Shown: in pieces, positions 38,997-51,570 of the stretch
Layout: the number at the start of each line of letters is the position of its first letter
How positions within the stretch are numbered: position 1 is the stretch's first letter
NCBI RefSeq assembly: GCF_009834535.1
Contig: NC_045698.1
Coordinates: 107,694,001 to 107,758,000, forward strand
Source of the DNA: Camelus ferus
Taxonomy: Eukaryota
Reading direction: 5' to 3'
Length of the DNA: 64,000 nucleotides
Notes under the pieces: model-generated
Database searches by the model: none
What the model was told of the DNA's origin: nothing
The model's input: only the letters and a program-made list of their open reading frames with translations
Program-made: the position numbers and the translations under genes

Positions 38997-39690
38997 GTAA
39001 TTTTCTTTTTGGGTAGTGTCTTTGTCTGATTTTGATATCAGGGTGTTGGTGGCTTAATAGAATGTGTTTGGGAGTATTCCCTCCTCTTCAGTCTTTTGGA
39101 AGAGCTTGAGAAGGACTGGTATGAGTTCTTCTTTGTATGTTTGGTAGAGTTCCCCAGCCATCTGGTCCTTGACTTGTTTGCAGGGAGGTTTTTGTTTGTT
39201 TGTTTGTTTGTTTTTTATTGCTGACTCTCTTTCACTTCTAGTGATTGGTCTGTTCAAACTATCTATTTCTTCTTGATTCAGTTTTGGTGGGCTGTATGTT
39301 TCTAGAAACTTGTCCATTTCTTCTGGGTTGTCCAGTTTGTTGCCATACAGTTCAGAGTATTTGCTTATGGATTTTTGTATTTCTGTGGTGTTGTAATTTC
39401 TCCATTTTGCTTTCTTACTTATTTGTGTTCTCTCTCTTTTCTTCTTGGTGATCCTGGCCAGAGGTTTGTCAATTTTCTTTACTCTTTCAAAAAACCAGCT
39501 CTTGGTTTGAATGATTTTTCTATTGTTTTTAAATCTCTATTTTATGTATATCCTCCCTCCCCTCCGTTCTCTCCTTCTGCTGACTTATGTTTTGTTTGTT
39601 CTTTTTCTAATTCTTTCAGGTGGTAGGTTAGGTTGGTTGTTTAACATCTTTCTTGTTTTTTGAGGAAAGCCTATATTGCTGTAAACTTCC
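38997..39690 (-). mobile_element. L1 ORF2 internal fragment (linker/start of RT)
   Basis: ORF 39054-39317: [26 protein letters not shown]...[32 protein letters not shown] is L1 ORF2p. Confidence 0.9.
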
Positions 39691-39719
39691 CCTTTTGCCT
39701 ATTCTTTCTCTAAAAATTG

Positions 39720-40210
39720 AATTGTAGTGGAGGAGAAAAGACACAGAATGACAAATCATAATACAACGTTTCAGAACAGTGATGAAATCATATCGTAGGT
39801 ATTATGGGAGTATGGAATATGAGTCGTCTAACCTAGTGAGGCAACATGATGTTTACAGAAGCCTTCCTGAAAAGGTGATGTCTGAGAGAATTTGTGAAGT
39901 AAAATTAGAGGTGGGTAAAGAATTATCAGAGAGAAAAGGGCAGAGTTGAAGGACATTTCATTAAGAGGAAATAACACAAGCAGCGATATAGAGGTATGTG
40001 TAAAGAATTACCCATAGATTTGAATTTTCTGAAGCTTAAAAGGCCAGCAGTGAGTTTTTCTAAGCAGGCGTGGTGGTCAAGTGTGAGATGAGGTTGGAAA
40101 TGTTGGTCAGTAGGTATCCAGTGAAGGGTCTTAGGCAAAGCATAATGTGTTCAGGTTTTCATTTTATATAAATACCCCTGGGACCATGTCGAAGAAGGAT
40201 TAGAAAAGAA

Positions 40211-40242
<32 letters not shown>

Positions 40243-40900
40243 AAATGACATCCTTAGGATGTTGTCCACAAGAGGAATAATATCCAGAAACAGGGGAAGT
40301 GTGGAATACGTTAAGGGTGCAGAGATCAGATTCAAGAAGCATTTAAAAGACAAAATCAGTGAGATTTCTAATGATTGATTAGAAGGATAATCATATTTTA
40401 TGTGCAGATAAGAGAAAAACTAAAGTCAGGGATAAACCTGGGATTTACAACTTCATGGTACTATGTGACATCTAGAATACTGGTAGGGAAAAACAGTTTA
40501 CAGGGGAGAATGAGTTTAGACAAGCTGCATTTCAGGAAGCTATGGAAGATCCAGGTGAAGTTGTTCAGGCTACAGTTGAATATATATAAACAAAGGGTTA
40601 AAAAAGAAGCAAGCATATACAAAGAGAACGGCTTCCGGAGGGAATACCATAGTATATTATTTTCAAAGACTAGGGGAGTAAAGGTGGTGATTGGTATAAA
40701 TGCAGATAAGTTGATGGTTGGGAGCTTAGTAGGAAGTTGATACAAATAACATTTGATGGTATCATTTGTTTTCTGAAAGAGAGGCAAAGCCATCTGCTAA
40801 GAGAGAGAGACAAAGGCTGAGTACGGGGCTTAAAAAGAGTGGTAAAAGCTTACAAAATTGCCAGGAAGGATGGGAAAGTGAACTGACCAAGAAAAGTATA
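39720..40900 (-). mobile_element. degraded L2 region
   Basis: GCCTTCCTGAAAAGGTGATGTCTGAG, GCATTTAAAAGACAAAATCAGTGAG and TAGACAAGCTGCATTTCAGG antisense L2 motifs; (AC)14 at 40211-40238. Confidence 0.6.
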
Positions 40901-41289
40901 AAGCTTGTAAGTAGCTCCAGCTCATGAAATTGTAGATACACCAGTTGACACAGTGAAATGAATTTCTCTAGCGATACTGGGCCATTTGATCCGAAACAGA
41001 GAGAGAGAAGACTGTGACGCTGATCCACGATCATGGGCCGCCTAAGCACGTGTGGAACTCAAGTGAGACGGAAGAGAGGACCCAGCAAGAAAGGAGCGGC
41101 CACCGCTGCTGAGCCTGTTACCATTTCCTGTTGATTACTGCATGTTTGCTGGGTTTAGTATCTTGCCTACAAAGGCACTGGGTTTTATACTGTGACTTAA
41201 GCTTCAGATGATTCTTTCCTTTTCCTTCCTTTGTGATTCTAAGGCAAAGCACCACATCAGTATCATCTAACGGTAAATATTTTTTTCCA

Positions 41290-43410
41290 GCTTTAGTGAG
41301 GAAAAAAGTGTTCATAATTGACAGATACAATTGTATGTATTTAAAGTATACAATGTGATGATTTGATATACATACACATTGTAGAATGATTACCAAGATC
41401 AAAATAATTAATACATCTATCACCTCATGTAGTTACCTCTTTGTATGTGTGTTTGTGTGTGTGTTAAGAAAGCATAAAACTTGCTCTCAGCAACTTTGAA
41501 CCATAAAATACTGCAGTATTAACTATACTCACTATCCTGTACATTAGATCCTCAGAACTTACTCTTACATCTGAAGGTTTGTACCCTTTGACCTAGATCA
41601 CCATAGTTCTTCTCCCACAGTCCCTGGCAACCACCATTCTATTCTGTTTCTATGAAACAGGCTTTTTTCTTTTTTTTAAGATTCCACCTGTGAGTGATAC
41701 CTTTTTGATTCCACATGTAAATAATACGAAATATTTGTCTTTGTCTTTTGGGGTTATTTCACTTAGCATATTGTCCACCAATTCCATCTATGTTGTAGGA
41801 AATGACCAAATTTCCTTTTTTATAGCTGAATAATATCCCATTATATATAAAATATATGATAAAATATAAGATATATATACACATACATAAAATATTATAT
41901 ATTTTAAATGCGTGTATACAGCTCTTCCTTCACTTATGATGGATTTACATTCCAATAATCCCATCATCAGTTGAAAATATCGTAAGTTGAAATGTGTTTG
42001 ATACAACTAACCTACCAAACCTCACAGGTTAGCCTCACCTATCTTAAACATTCTCAGCACACTTATATTTGCCCATAGTTGGGCAAAAATCACCTAATAC
42101 AAAGCCTAGTCTATAATACAATGTTGAATAGCTCATATAGTTTACTGAATACTGTATTGAAAGTGATCAACAGAATAGTGGTAGGTGTTGGTTATTTACC
42201 CTTGTGACGATGATCGTGTGACTGCCTGGGGGCTGCAGTGGCTGCCACTGCCCAGCATCGCAAGAGGGTATCTAACAGCACATTGTTAGCTCAGGAAAAG
42301 GTCAAAATCCAAAGTTGGAAGGACTGTTTCCACTGAATTCATGTCACATTCACATCATTCTAAAGTTGAAAAATCGTAAGTTGGGATTGTCTGTATATAT
42401 ATGTCTCACATCTTTATCTGTTCATCTTTTGGAGGACATTTGGGGTTGTTTTCACATCTTAGCTATTGTGAATAATGCATTGAATGTGAGTGTGCTTCAA
42501 TATACTGAATTCACTTCCTTTAGCTATATACCCAGGAGCAAGATTGATGGCTCATATGGTAGTTGTATGTTTAATTTGGGGGGGGGGAACAGCCATACTG
42601 TTTTCCATATGGCTGTACCAATTTATATTCTCACCAACAGTGCAGAAGGGTCCCCTTTTCTCCACATCCTCACCAATAGTTGTTGTCTCTTATCTACTTT
42701 ATAAATAGCCATCTTGACAGGTGTGAAGTGATATCTTATTATGCTTCTGAGTTGCATTTCCCTGATGATTGGTGATGTAGAGCACCTTTTCATATACCTA
42801 TCGGCCATTTGAATGTCTTTGGAAGAATGTCTCTTGAAGTCCTTTGCCCATTTTTAGTTGTTTATTTTTGCTACTGAGTTGTATGAGTTCTTTATATATT
42901 TTGGATATTAAATGCTGATTAGATATATGGTTTTTAAGTATCTTCTCCCGTTCTGTAGATTGCCTTTTTGAATTATTTTTTACTTTGTTTTACAGAAGCT
43001 TTTTAGTTTGATACAGACTCATTTGTTTATTTTAACTTTTATTGCCTCTGCTTTTGGTGTCTTATCCAAAAAATCATTGCCAGAGAAACTTGTTTGCTGT
43101 TTTCTTCTAGAAATTTTGTGGTTTCAGGTCTTACATTTAAGTCTTTGATCCATTTTGAGTTACGTTTTGTGAGTGGTGTGAAGTTTCCATCTTCATTCTT
43201 TTGCATGCCACTATCCAGTTTTCTCAACAGCTTTTATTAAAGGAACTATCCTTTAGCCATATATGTTCTTCGCTCCATTGTCAAAAAGTAGTTGACCGAA
43301 TATGCATGGCTTTATGTCTGATCTCTGTTCTGATCCACTGGTCTGTGTGTCTGTTTTCTTGCACGATACTGTTTTGATTGTCTTTGTAATACAGCGTGAA
43401 ATCAGGAAGT
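41290..43410 (-). mobile_element. L1 (L1MA/MB-like) 3' ~1.6 kb, interrupted by a Tigger element
   Basis: 3'UTR motif TACAATGTGATGATTTGATATACATACACATTG; ORF2p remnants [19 protein letters not shown] (42623-42808) and [20 protein letters not shown] (43039-43227). Confidence 0.9.
41919..42393 (+). mobile_element. MER47/Tigger5-family DNA transposon nested in L1
   Basis: TA target duplications (41917-18, 42394-95), degenerate TIRs CAGCTCTTCCTTCACTTATGAT ... ATCGTAAGTTGGGATTGTCTG, MER47-like body AACTAACCTACCAAAC...AGTTGGGCAAAAATCACCTAATACAAAGCC. Confidence 0.85.
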
Positions 43411-44129
43411 GTCTACGTTAAAAAATGTATCATCACAAATGATAGTATGATAATATACTAATTTGAAGGCAGATGACAATAAAGTAACTTGAGGAAGTAC
43501 TTTCAGTGTAGACTTCCTCAAATCCCTTTATTGTTTGTTATCTGCCTGAAAATTACTGTAATACCTCAACAAATATGTAATGATTAGGAATGTGCCCTCT
43601 AGAGTCAGGAGGCAGAAAAGTTGCACTGCCATAAGCAGTGTCCTGGCAAAACATAACAGGCTCTTTCCCTGACATAAAACAGAACAAACCTAAAGGAAAA
43701 CCAAACTCCTAATTCAGTTAAACTGCCGTCTTGTAGTTTACCCACTCTGTTTAATTCTTCCCATTTCATCATCTCTCATTTTAAATCCAGAAGACCAGCG
43801 TATCTGGAATAAATAGAAATACTTTCTGTTCATTATACTGAGGTAGCATCTTGGTTTCCAGATGTCATGGAAACTGTTTCTACTTAGCAAATACATTTTA
43901 TTCTTAGGAAACTGTGCTTAATCACAAACTACCACACTGACAAACCAGATTTGAAAGAGATCCCACCCGACCCCACCCAATTTGTCTTCTTTTTATGCTT
44001 TAGAGTCAGAAGTTCACTGTTGCTTTCGTGAAAAGACCAGACTTAATGGTTGTTTGCCTGGAGTCATCCTAATAGATGTGTGGGTTTTTGAATTGTAGGA
44101 TCTGGGTTCAAGCGCCAGCTCTTACATTT

Positions 44130-44275
44130 ATTTTGTGTGTGTGCGTGCATGTGCACACACGTGCTCTTTGAGGGAGAGGTAATTTATTTATTTATTTTTA
44201 ATGGAGGTACTGGGGATTGAACCCAGGACCTCATGCATGCTAAGCATGTGCTCTACCACTGAGCTACACCCTCCT
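44130..44275 (-). mobile_element. Vic-1-type tRNA-derived SINE (camelid) inserted in a MIR
   Basis: Minus strand reads GAGGAGGGTGTAGCTCAGTGGTAGAGCACATGCTTAGCATGCATGAGGTCCTGGGTTCAATCCCCAGTACCTCCATTAAAAATAAATAAATAAATTACCTC; TSD CAGCTCTTACATTT (44116-44129) / CAGCTCTTGTATTT (44276-44289). Confidence 0.9.
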
Positions 44276-45437
44276 CAGCTCTTGTATTTGACTGCACTTA
44301 ATATCTAATTAGGAAATTTAGATGTTTAAGCTCACTTTCCTTTTTCATATATATGTGAATAATTTAACATAAATTAAAACTCATGTAATTATTGTCAAGA
44401 TTCAAATTAAATTTCGTAGGTTTTATTAGCCCTTTTCAGAAATGAGAAAACCAAGGTTGAATAAAGTTAAATATGCTATATTATGTTTTATAATAACAAC
44501 ATTTTTGCACTCAGAAAATGTTGGTATCATATGTTCTTCTGATGTCCTTTCTGTACATCTGGGAAAACAAAACTTAGAGTTGATTCATAGATACCATTAG
44601 AAACATTTCATCTACCTAAACTCTTGAATCAGGTCAACATATTTGGAAGAGGTGAGGTTGGCATCTTACCTGCCCTAGAGGAATTTTTGTTTGGATATAT
44701 CCCTTATTCTCCTGTGATTTGGGAAGTTTACAGTCATGCTAGTGTGCTTGGGTACACATACTCAGCAGAGGTGGACAGTCCAGCAAGAAGCTAAGGCAAC
44801 TCTAGTCAGTGCCCCTTTTAACTGCAGTTCCTCTGAGCTGACTTAAATCTCTCTCTTCCTCTGGGCAGGGTCTCTGTAGAGACGTGGTAGCTCGGAGTCT
44901 ATGGCCTCATCTGGTACAAAACTGCTCTCTAATGAAACGTCTGGAACCAGAGACCTCATTTCCTTTCCCCAGAGTCTTCACGGATGGAAGTTAGGATTCC
45001 TGTTTCACAGAGTAAAAGAGCCTGCTATCAGAACTACAGTGTCTGCTTCTCCACTCAAGGAAACAAATTCAAAATCTAATGTCCCCCACTGCTGACCTTG
45101 TCACAGTGATGTGTTTTTTCAGCATGGTTGTGTCTCCTTTGTGACTGCGTTTAAGTCACTGCAGTGCCAGATACTTGCATGCATGGAAACAGTGCTGTAC
45201 AGAGCCTTGTCCTGTTGGAGGCTGTAGGAGAGGAAGGAGCATTCTTCAGAGGTGCCAGGAGAGACCTGTGGCTGCCGATCTAAGGTTTTAGAAACACCTA
45301 TTTACCACTCTGGACATTCCCTTTATATACTATACAGGAATGGCCATCAGAATTCCATAGGTAGAACTTCTTCTTTTATCAGTGAGGAATCTGAGGCCCA
45401 GCAGATTAATACCTTGCCTGCATTTATGCATCAGCTG

Positions 45438-45989
45438 GTGGAGGTATCCTAAAAAGGTGGGCACAAGAAGTCTGTGTCACATTGCCCAGGAAAATTCTCT
45501 GTGTTACAGACTCCTAGGACAATTTGCCATATGGAAGGCCTGCTATGGTGTGCTCAGGTCATCGTGGAGAGTGGGGCCAAAGCCTGTGAGGTCATGGTGT
45601 CTGGGCAATTCTGCAGACAGAGGACTAAATCTGTGAAGGTTGTGGATGGCCTGAGGATCCACAGTGGGGGCCCTTTTAACTATGATATTGATACTGCCGT
45701 GTACCATATGATGCTCAGACAGGTTATGCTGGGCATCAAGGTGAAGATCATGCTGTCTTGGGACCCAAGTTGTACGACTGGCCTTACAAAGCCCCTGCCT
45801 GACCATGTGAGCATTGTGGAACCCAAAATGAGATACTGCCCACTGCCTCTGTCTCAGAACGGAAGGGTACGAAGCCAGACCCACCTGCCATGCCCTGAAT
45901 AGTACGCACAGTAACAGGGTCTCCTTGGCAGTTGGATCTGGAGTCTCCATGTTGCTGTATGAAGTCCTTTAGCAAAATCTTTCAAAAAA
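45438..45989 (+). pseudogene. RPS3: processed, 5'-truncated 40S ribosomal protein S3 pseudogene
   Basis: Intronless match to the C-terminal ~60% of RPS3 ([13 protein letters not shown]; KACYGVLR; [13 protein letters not shown]; [13 protein letters not shown]; [13 protein letters not shown]) plus the 3'UTR TAACAGGGTCTCCTTGGCAG. Frameshifts near 45558 and 45828, decayed poly(A) signal, short A tract. Confidence 0.95.
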
Positions 45990-46106
45990 GGGGGGAAAAA
46001 TCTAAATCTTACCCAATAGCCTTTTTATAGCTACGGGTTTTATTTTCCATTTACTCATCTCACATTATCACTTACTTTACCAAGAATCAGTATTCCTTTC
46101 AGATCA

Positions 46107-46265
46107 CAGTTTCTCCAACTATGATCCCTGAAAAATCCACATCTGAAACTCCTTGTATATCTGTTGGAATGCAGATTACTGGGCTCTGCTCCAGGATTAT
46201 TATTTCCATGTCTCTGGAGTTGGAGAAATCTGCATTTTCCACATGCACTTGAGGTGATTCCTATA
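46107..46265 (+). mobile_element. MER5-like hAT-Charlie element
   Basis: CAGTTTCTCCAAC...GAATGCAGATTACTGGGCTCTGCTCCAG...ATCTGCATTTT...AGGTGATTCC. Confidence 0.7.
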
Positions 46266-46269
46266 GTAG

Positions 46270-46540
46270 ATTTTTTCTTGTTCTTTTAAAATAATTTTAG
46301 GGTTATAGAAAAGTTGCAAAGATAGTATAGAAAGTTCCGATGATCACTTCAGCCAGCTTTTTACAATGTTAATATTTTACCCAATAATACAGTACACCTA
46401 TCAATTACTATTGGAACCATACGAATGACCAGCTATGGATTTTATTCAGATTTTTACCTTTTTTTCCCCACCAATTATCTTTTTGTTGTTCTGGAACCCA
46501 GTTTAGGATCTCACATTGCTTTTAGTTATGAATACCAGGT
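46270..46540 (-). mobile_element. old L1 3' end (L1MB/MC-like)
   Basis: TTTTAAAATAATTTTAGGGTTATAGAAAAGTTGCAAAGATAGTATAG. Confidence 0.7.
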
Positions 46541-49500
46541 TTTACTGCTCTAGACAATAATCCCATGTTCTGCACTATGGTGGCTGAATCCTGGCTCTGA
46601 CGGCTTAATTCAAGTACTGGTGTGACCATACTTATATTCAAGCCACAGTGACAGTACTGCTTGATAATGCTGAAAAGATTCAATCACCCAGAAACAGAAT
46701 TAGAGGAGACGTAAAAGACCACGTGGTCTCTCACATTACTGATAGAGTTCTTACCATCCCAGAGAAGAAGTGTGAGCACGTTGATGGTAGTATTGGAACT
46801 GGAGTCCATGACACTTGGCTTCAAGTTTCCTTGTAATTTCTTAAAGCATCTGCCTTTGATTATATTTCTTTCCTTTATTCTCAAAGTGAGGATCATGAAC
46901 AGTTCTTTAAAAAATTTCTCCATAATTGCATATGGTTCTCCCAGTTATCCATGAGAACAATGTGAAAAGTCTCATTTTCCCCAGTTTGGTAGTGAGGAAG
47001 CACCGGAGAGGAAAAAAGGTCCCCAAGATTTCATGGCAAATAGATGCCTGAGCCATACTCACGCCTTTTCAAGCTGACTCCTGAGTTAGTGCTGTTCTGC
47101 AGTGCACCACATGCCTCTGGCCCTGAATTTATGCGCTCTGCGCTGAAATGGATGTTTTGTGTATTCAGATAGAACATTTGGAGGAAAGAGTATTTATGCA
47201 CAAATTCAAATAGAGCACCCAAATGGGGAAACATTGTGAACCTGGCATATTTAGCAATTATAAATGGGAGATGCAACTGTGGGAAGGCAACTGACATCAA
47301 TTAGTGTGAATATCTGCTCTTGGTGGGGAAGACGAGATAATTCTAAGTTTTGTGTTTTTTAATTTATGCACCTCACTCCCTACCTGTCCTGAGAACGAAA
47401 TGAGTGACTCCTGTGGGTTTTGTCACTGCTCACAGTTTGATACGTTTCAAAAAAAAAATTGTTCATAGGAGAATAAATACAATTTAAGACCCTGTCACAC
47501 ACATAGCTACCAGCAGAAATTGTATGCAGGAAAGACAGTGTTCTTTCCTTTTTTTTAACCACTGAAACTAGTTTTGTGCCCTTAGACAATAGTTTTCCTT
47601 GATGCTGTGCCACAGTCACCCCAGATGTAAATCAGAGAGTGAGAACTGGTGGTTTCTTGGGCAAAGCCATGACTAGGATTGTCCATATGGGATGGCTTTG
47701 GGAAGGCACTGGTAGGTTAAGTGCCACTTGTGTGGGTTGACGGAGATGTGTTCACATGAAAAGACACCCCCTTTTCTATGTATTGTCTGTGATTCTCAAA
47801 ATCTTGCTGTAACTCTGTTTCCTGTGACTTATTTCCCTAACAATAGCCGTTCCCATGCATGTCTTTATTTTTATTTATTCCTTTAAAGGTATAACTGGGT
47901 AGAACATTTCCCCTGCTCCCCATCCAGTTGTGCCTCTGCTCTAGGGCCCTGTCCTGAAATCTTAGGCCTCTTGCTTCCAGGGCTGAATTGTCGCTTAGTA
48001 AGTAGAACGAAGAGGCTTTGTCTTCTGTGAGGCTTTAGGTGACAAAAATTTAGCAGAGTGGGTGGTCTTTTTGGCGGAATCACATGAAATATCCATCTGT
48101 CAGAACTAGCGGCCTAAGTGTGGGAGGCAGCCTTGGTCAGCTGTGATGTAAGCGAAGTGTGGCTTTCATGTCCAGCCTCTAAATAAGAATCATAGGCTTA
48201 AGGGGTTGCCTGCCAGTAGGATCTGCCTTCTGCCAGGGGAATTTAGCAGACCCGTAAGCTCAGAAGAATGCGTCTTTGAAGGGAAACTTGGGTATCTGGG
48301 TTGTGAAAGACATTGTTAGTTGACTTGGACATACCCCATATCTAATAATATGAGGATTTGTTTTTCACTCTCTAGTTAAGGTAGCCCCAGGAGTTATCTT
48401 GGTAATTTTACTTACATTTGAAATACATGACAAACAGAATATTGGCCATTGCTCTCCTGTATTACCCTCTATCTTTTCAAACCAGGACCATAGCTACAGA
48501 GAGTGGTAGCACCAGAATTTCTCTGTTGGAGAGTTTTAGATGACCTGTGAAGCTTGTCTTGCTATTGACACATTGCTTGCCTTACATACTTACTTAGGGT
48601 AACTACAGTAGAGAGTCACCTTGCCAAGGATGGAGACAACTATATATATATATATATACTTGTTTAGACCTTTCTCTAATTTGTTGAGGTCATCTAGTTC
48701 AAAGGTGAGGATTGGATAAATTTCCCAAGGTTGCAACAGACGTCAGTAGAATGGTTGGGCTTGAAAACTAAGTGACCATTTCTGAGGAAAGCAAATCCTT
48801 TCCTATAAGCAATTAATTAACTTTATAGCTTCAATAGGAGAGAATCTCTGCTTTCTTTTCTTTTCCCAAGGCCAGCTAAATACTGAGTGCACTGCAGTTA
48901 TATTGATTTTACAGAGCACCTTATGCAATTCTCCAAGGTGTATGAAAGGTTTTTGTTTGTTGATTGATTTGTTTTGAAGTTTTTAGCCAACAGTATTTTA
49001 CAGGTATTCTAAAGGAAAGAATGATTTCTATTTGGACTCATAAATATTTTCTGCGTCAAAGAGAAGAAAAGGCAATAGAATAAACTTCTATTCTAAAATT
49101 ACATAATTTCAAGGTGTTATGTAAAAGAAAAGTTTAATAGAATTAGTGGACCAGTGAAGACCAACAAGGCAGTCAAGCCTCATCTCAGAGAAGAGTTGGG
49201 CTCTCAAGTCAGCATGTGAGGCAAAAACAGAGTTTAGTTAAAACTACCCTTGAAAATACCTGTGCAGGTGGCTTAATACCTGAGAAGTCCAACCAGGACT
49301 TCTGCCAGTTTTTCCTCCAGACAGATCAGATATTTGCCAGTTTCACCTCCAGTGACAGAACAGATAACCTCTTTTTTTGCATGAGTACGAATTATTCTCA
49401 GGGTTGTTACAGACAAAAAAGTACCGTGTCACGTACAGCCTTGTAAGATGCTTACTTGGTGAAGGTGGAGCGCAGGTGAGGAGACCTGCTGAGGGAGCAG

Positions 49501-51354
49501 TCCCTGTAAGTCCCCCTTGAGAGGAGTTGTGTATGGAACCTCACTCTCCTCTCTCTCACTTTCTCTCGCCTTCTCACTTAATGCTCTTCCCCACCTTCTG
49601 GAATGAATCGAACTGAATAAGACTAACTGCATGTAAGATATGGCAGAACTTAAAACCCAGATTTTTGACTCTGGTTCTAGTCTGACATTTCTCAACAACC
49701 CCACTCCTCCTCTTCCCTCTTCCCTCTTCCCTCTCTTCCACACATACTTAGTTTGTGCCTGTATGTACCAAGGACTACAGAAAGCACACATGTGAATCAA
49801 AGTTCTACCCTAATAGAGTTTATAGACTTAGTGGGGAAGAAAGAAATTAAAAATAATTGCCGGTAGATTTATTCCATTTAGGGACGTAGAAGTTCAGTGT
49901 GCTAGGGGATCGTATAACTGGACAACCTGATCACATCATCTTGGGTTTGGGGGAGAGGAACTCATGCTACTTGATACCTGTGAGACCTTAAGCACATCAC
50001 TTAAATGTCTCAATTTTAATTTTCTCAGAAATTGCATTAGTGGTTGCCAGAATTCAACTGAATAGGATAACCTATTAAGTGGAACATTAATTATTCGTCC
50101 TGTTGTTGACCATCTGTCTTGTATCCACATTTGTACTGTGAGAACACAGTACAAATCAGAAAGTACCCGAGGGGCTGAAGTTAGAGATGTGCCTTCCTCT
50201 GCTTGGAAAATCAGACTAGTTCAGGGGAACAATAAATAGATTATATTGTGAAATTCAAGCAAAATATGTTACATGAGTTCAAAGAAGGGAAAAATCCATC
50301 CAAGTGGGTGGGAATGCAGAGCAGTCTTCAAATAGTTGACTGGGTTTTGTGAGTTCATCTAGGGGGACAATGAGCAATTTGGGGTATTATAGGAGGGGAC
50401 ACAGAATGTAACGGATGCAGGCATAAGAACGCTATCACATTGAGCTGACATAGGTATAGTAGGGATGATCTCAAAGTTAACTGGGCAAACCACTAGGGGT
50501 CCAGAGTGGCTAGGTTTGTACTTCACTGATACTTCTTTCCACAACTTTAAAACAACAAAACGTCTAGCTTCTTCCAATTACAGAGCATTAAAAAATGTTG
50601 CATTACTGTAATATCCCTATTAGTAAATGTATATGAAAATGTTTTCTCTACTGCTGCTGCTTTTTGGAATAGCCATGCATGCCTTTGAAGATAGGTTTAT
50701 ATATCCTTCTTTTCTCTTATCTCAAGGTTGTTTGCTCTCTTATGAATTACCTTACAATTCACCAATTCTACAACCCAAAAGCAGACAATTTTTTGAGATT
50801 CTTTAGTGAGTTCTATAGACCATATAATTGTTCTTAATGTAGAAAGATTCCTCCTTTTTGACCACCAAATTTCTTCACTGCCAGTCAAGGCATACTTTTG
50901 GAGGTTACTAACATGGAGATATTTATAATCATACCCATCTTTAAGGTACGTGAAATTAATTCATAACTATTTTTATTTTCTGAATGCTCACGGTATACAT
51001 TTTCTAGACCACACAGTAGAGTGTATAATTATATGCTATATGGATTGTATTCTGTAAGAGTGGTTGGTTATTTCTCTAGGCTCAAAAAATATTTAAGCAC
51101 TAAATCCTATATGACCTTTGCATTTCCTGCATAAAATGTCTAAGACAGGGCTAGGCATATATTTTTAAAATTTTTTCATTGTTTAACATTTTGATGGACA
51201 CTGTGTCCATGTTTCTTAATAAGATACCTGATACATATTAAGCTATAAGTAAATTAAAGCTAAAGAAATGACTGAGGTTGGTCAAAAACTATAGAAAGGC
51301 TCAATGCTCAGCATGTCGTGATCTTTTATATCTTTACATTAGGTTAAAGGAAAG

Positions 51355-51570
51355 CAGTGATAATCTTTGACAGTGAACCTTCTGCCTAGTCTGGTATCCA
51401 GCAGTCTGGATTTGAATCCCAGCTCCAGCAGCACTTAATAGCTGTGATGTTGGGTCTCTCAAAATGTGGGCAGTAATGGTACCTACCTCATGGAGTTGTA
51501 AAGATTAAATGAAATAATGCATATAAAGTAATTTGCACAGCTTTAGAATATTATTAACACTCATTAATTG
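51355..51570 (+). mobile_element. MIR SINE
   Basis: CTGGATTTGAATCCCAGCTCCAGC...GGTACCTACCTCATGGAGTTGTAAAGATTAAATGAAATAATGC. Confidence 0.8.

Noticed and set aside
33988-39016. ORFs containing X runs
   Set aside because: They stay open only because they span N gaps.
44200-44275. tRNA gene on the minus strand
   Set aside because: It has A and B boxes, but continues into the SINE body, AT-rich tail and TSD, so it is a tRNA-derived SINE.
45474-45902. Functional RPS3 CDS
   Set aside because: The N-terminal ~40% is missing, there are at least two frameshifts, many substitutions at conserved residues and no true start codon.
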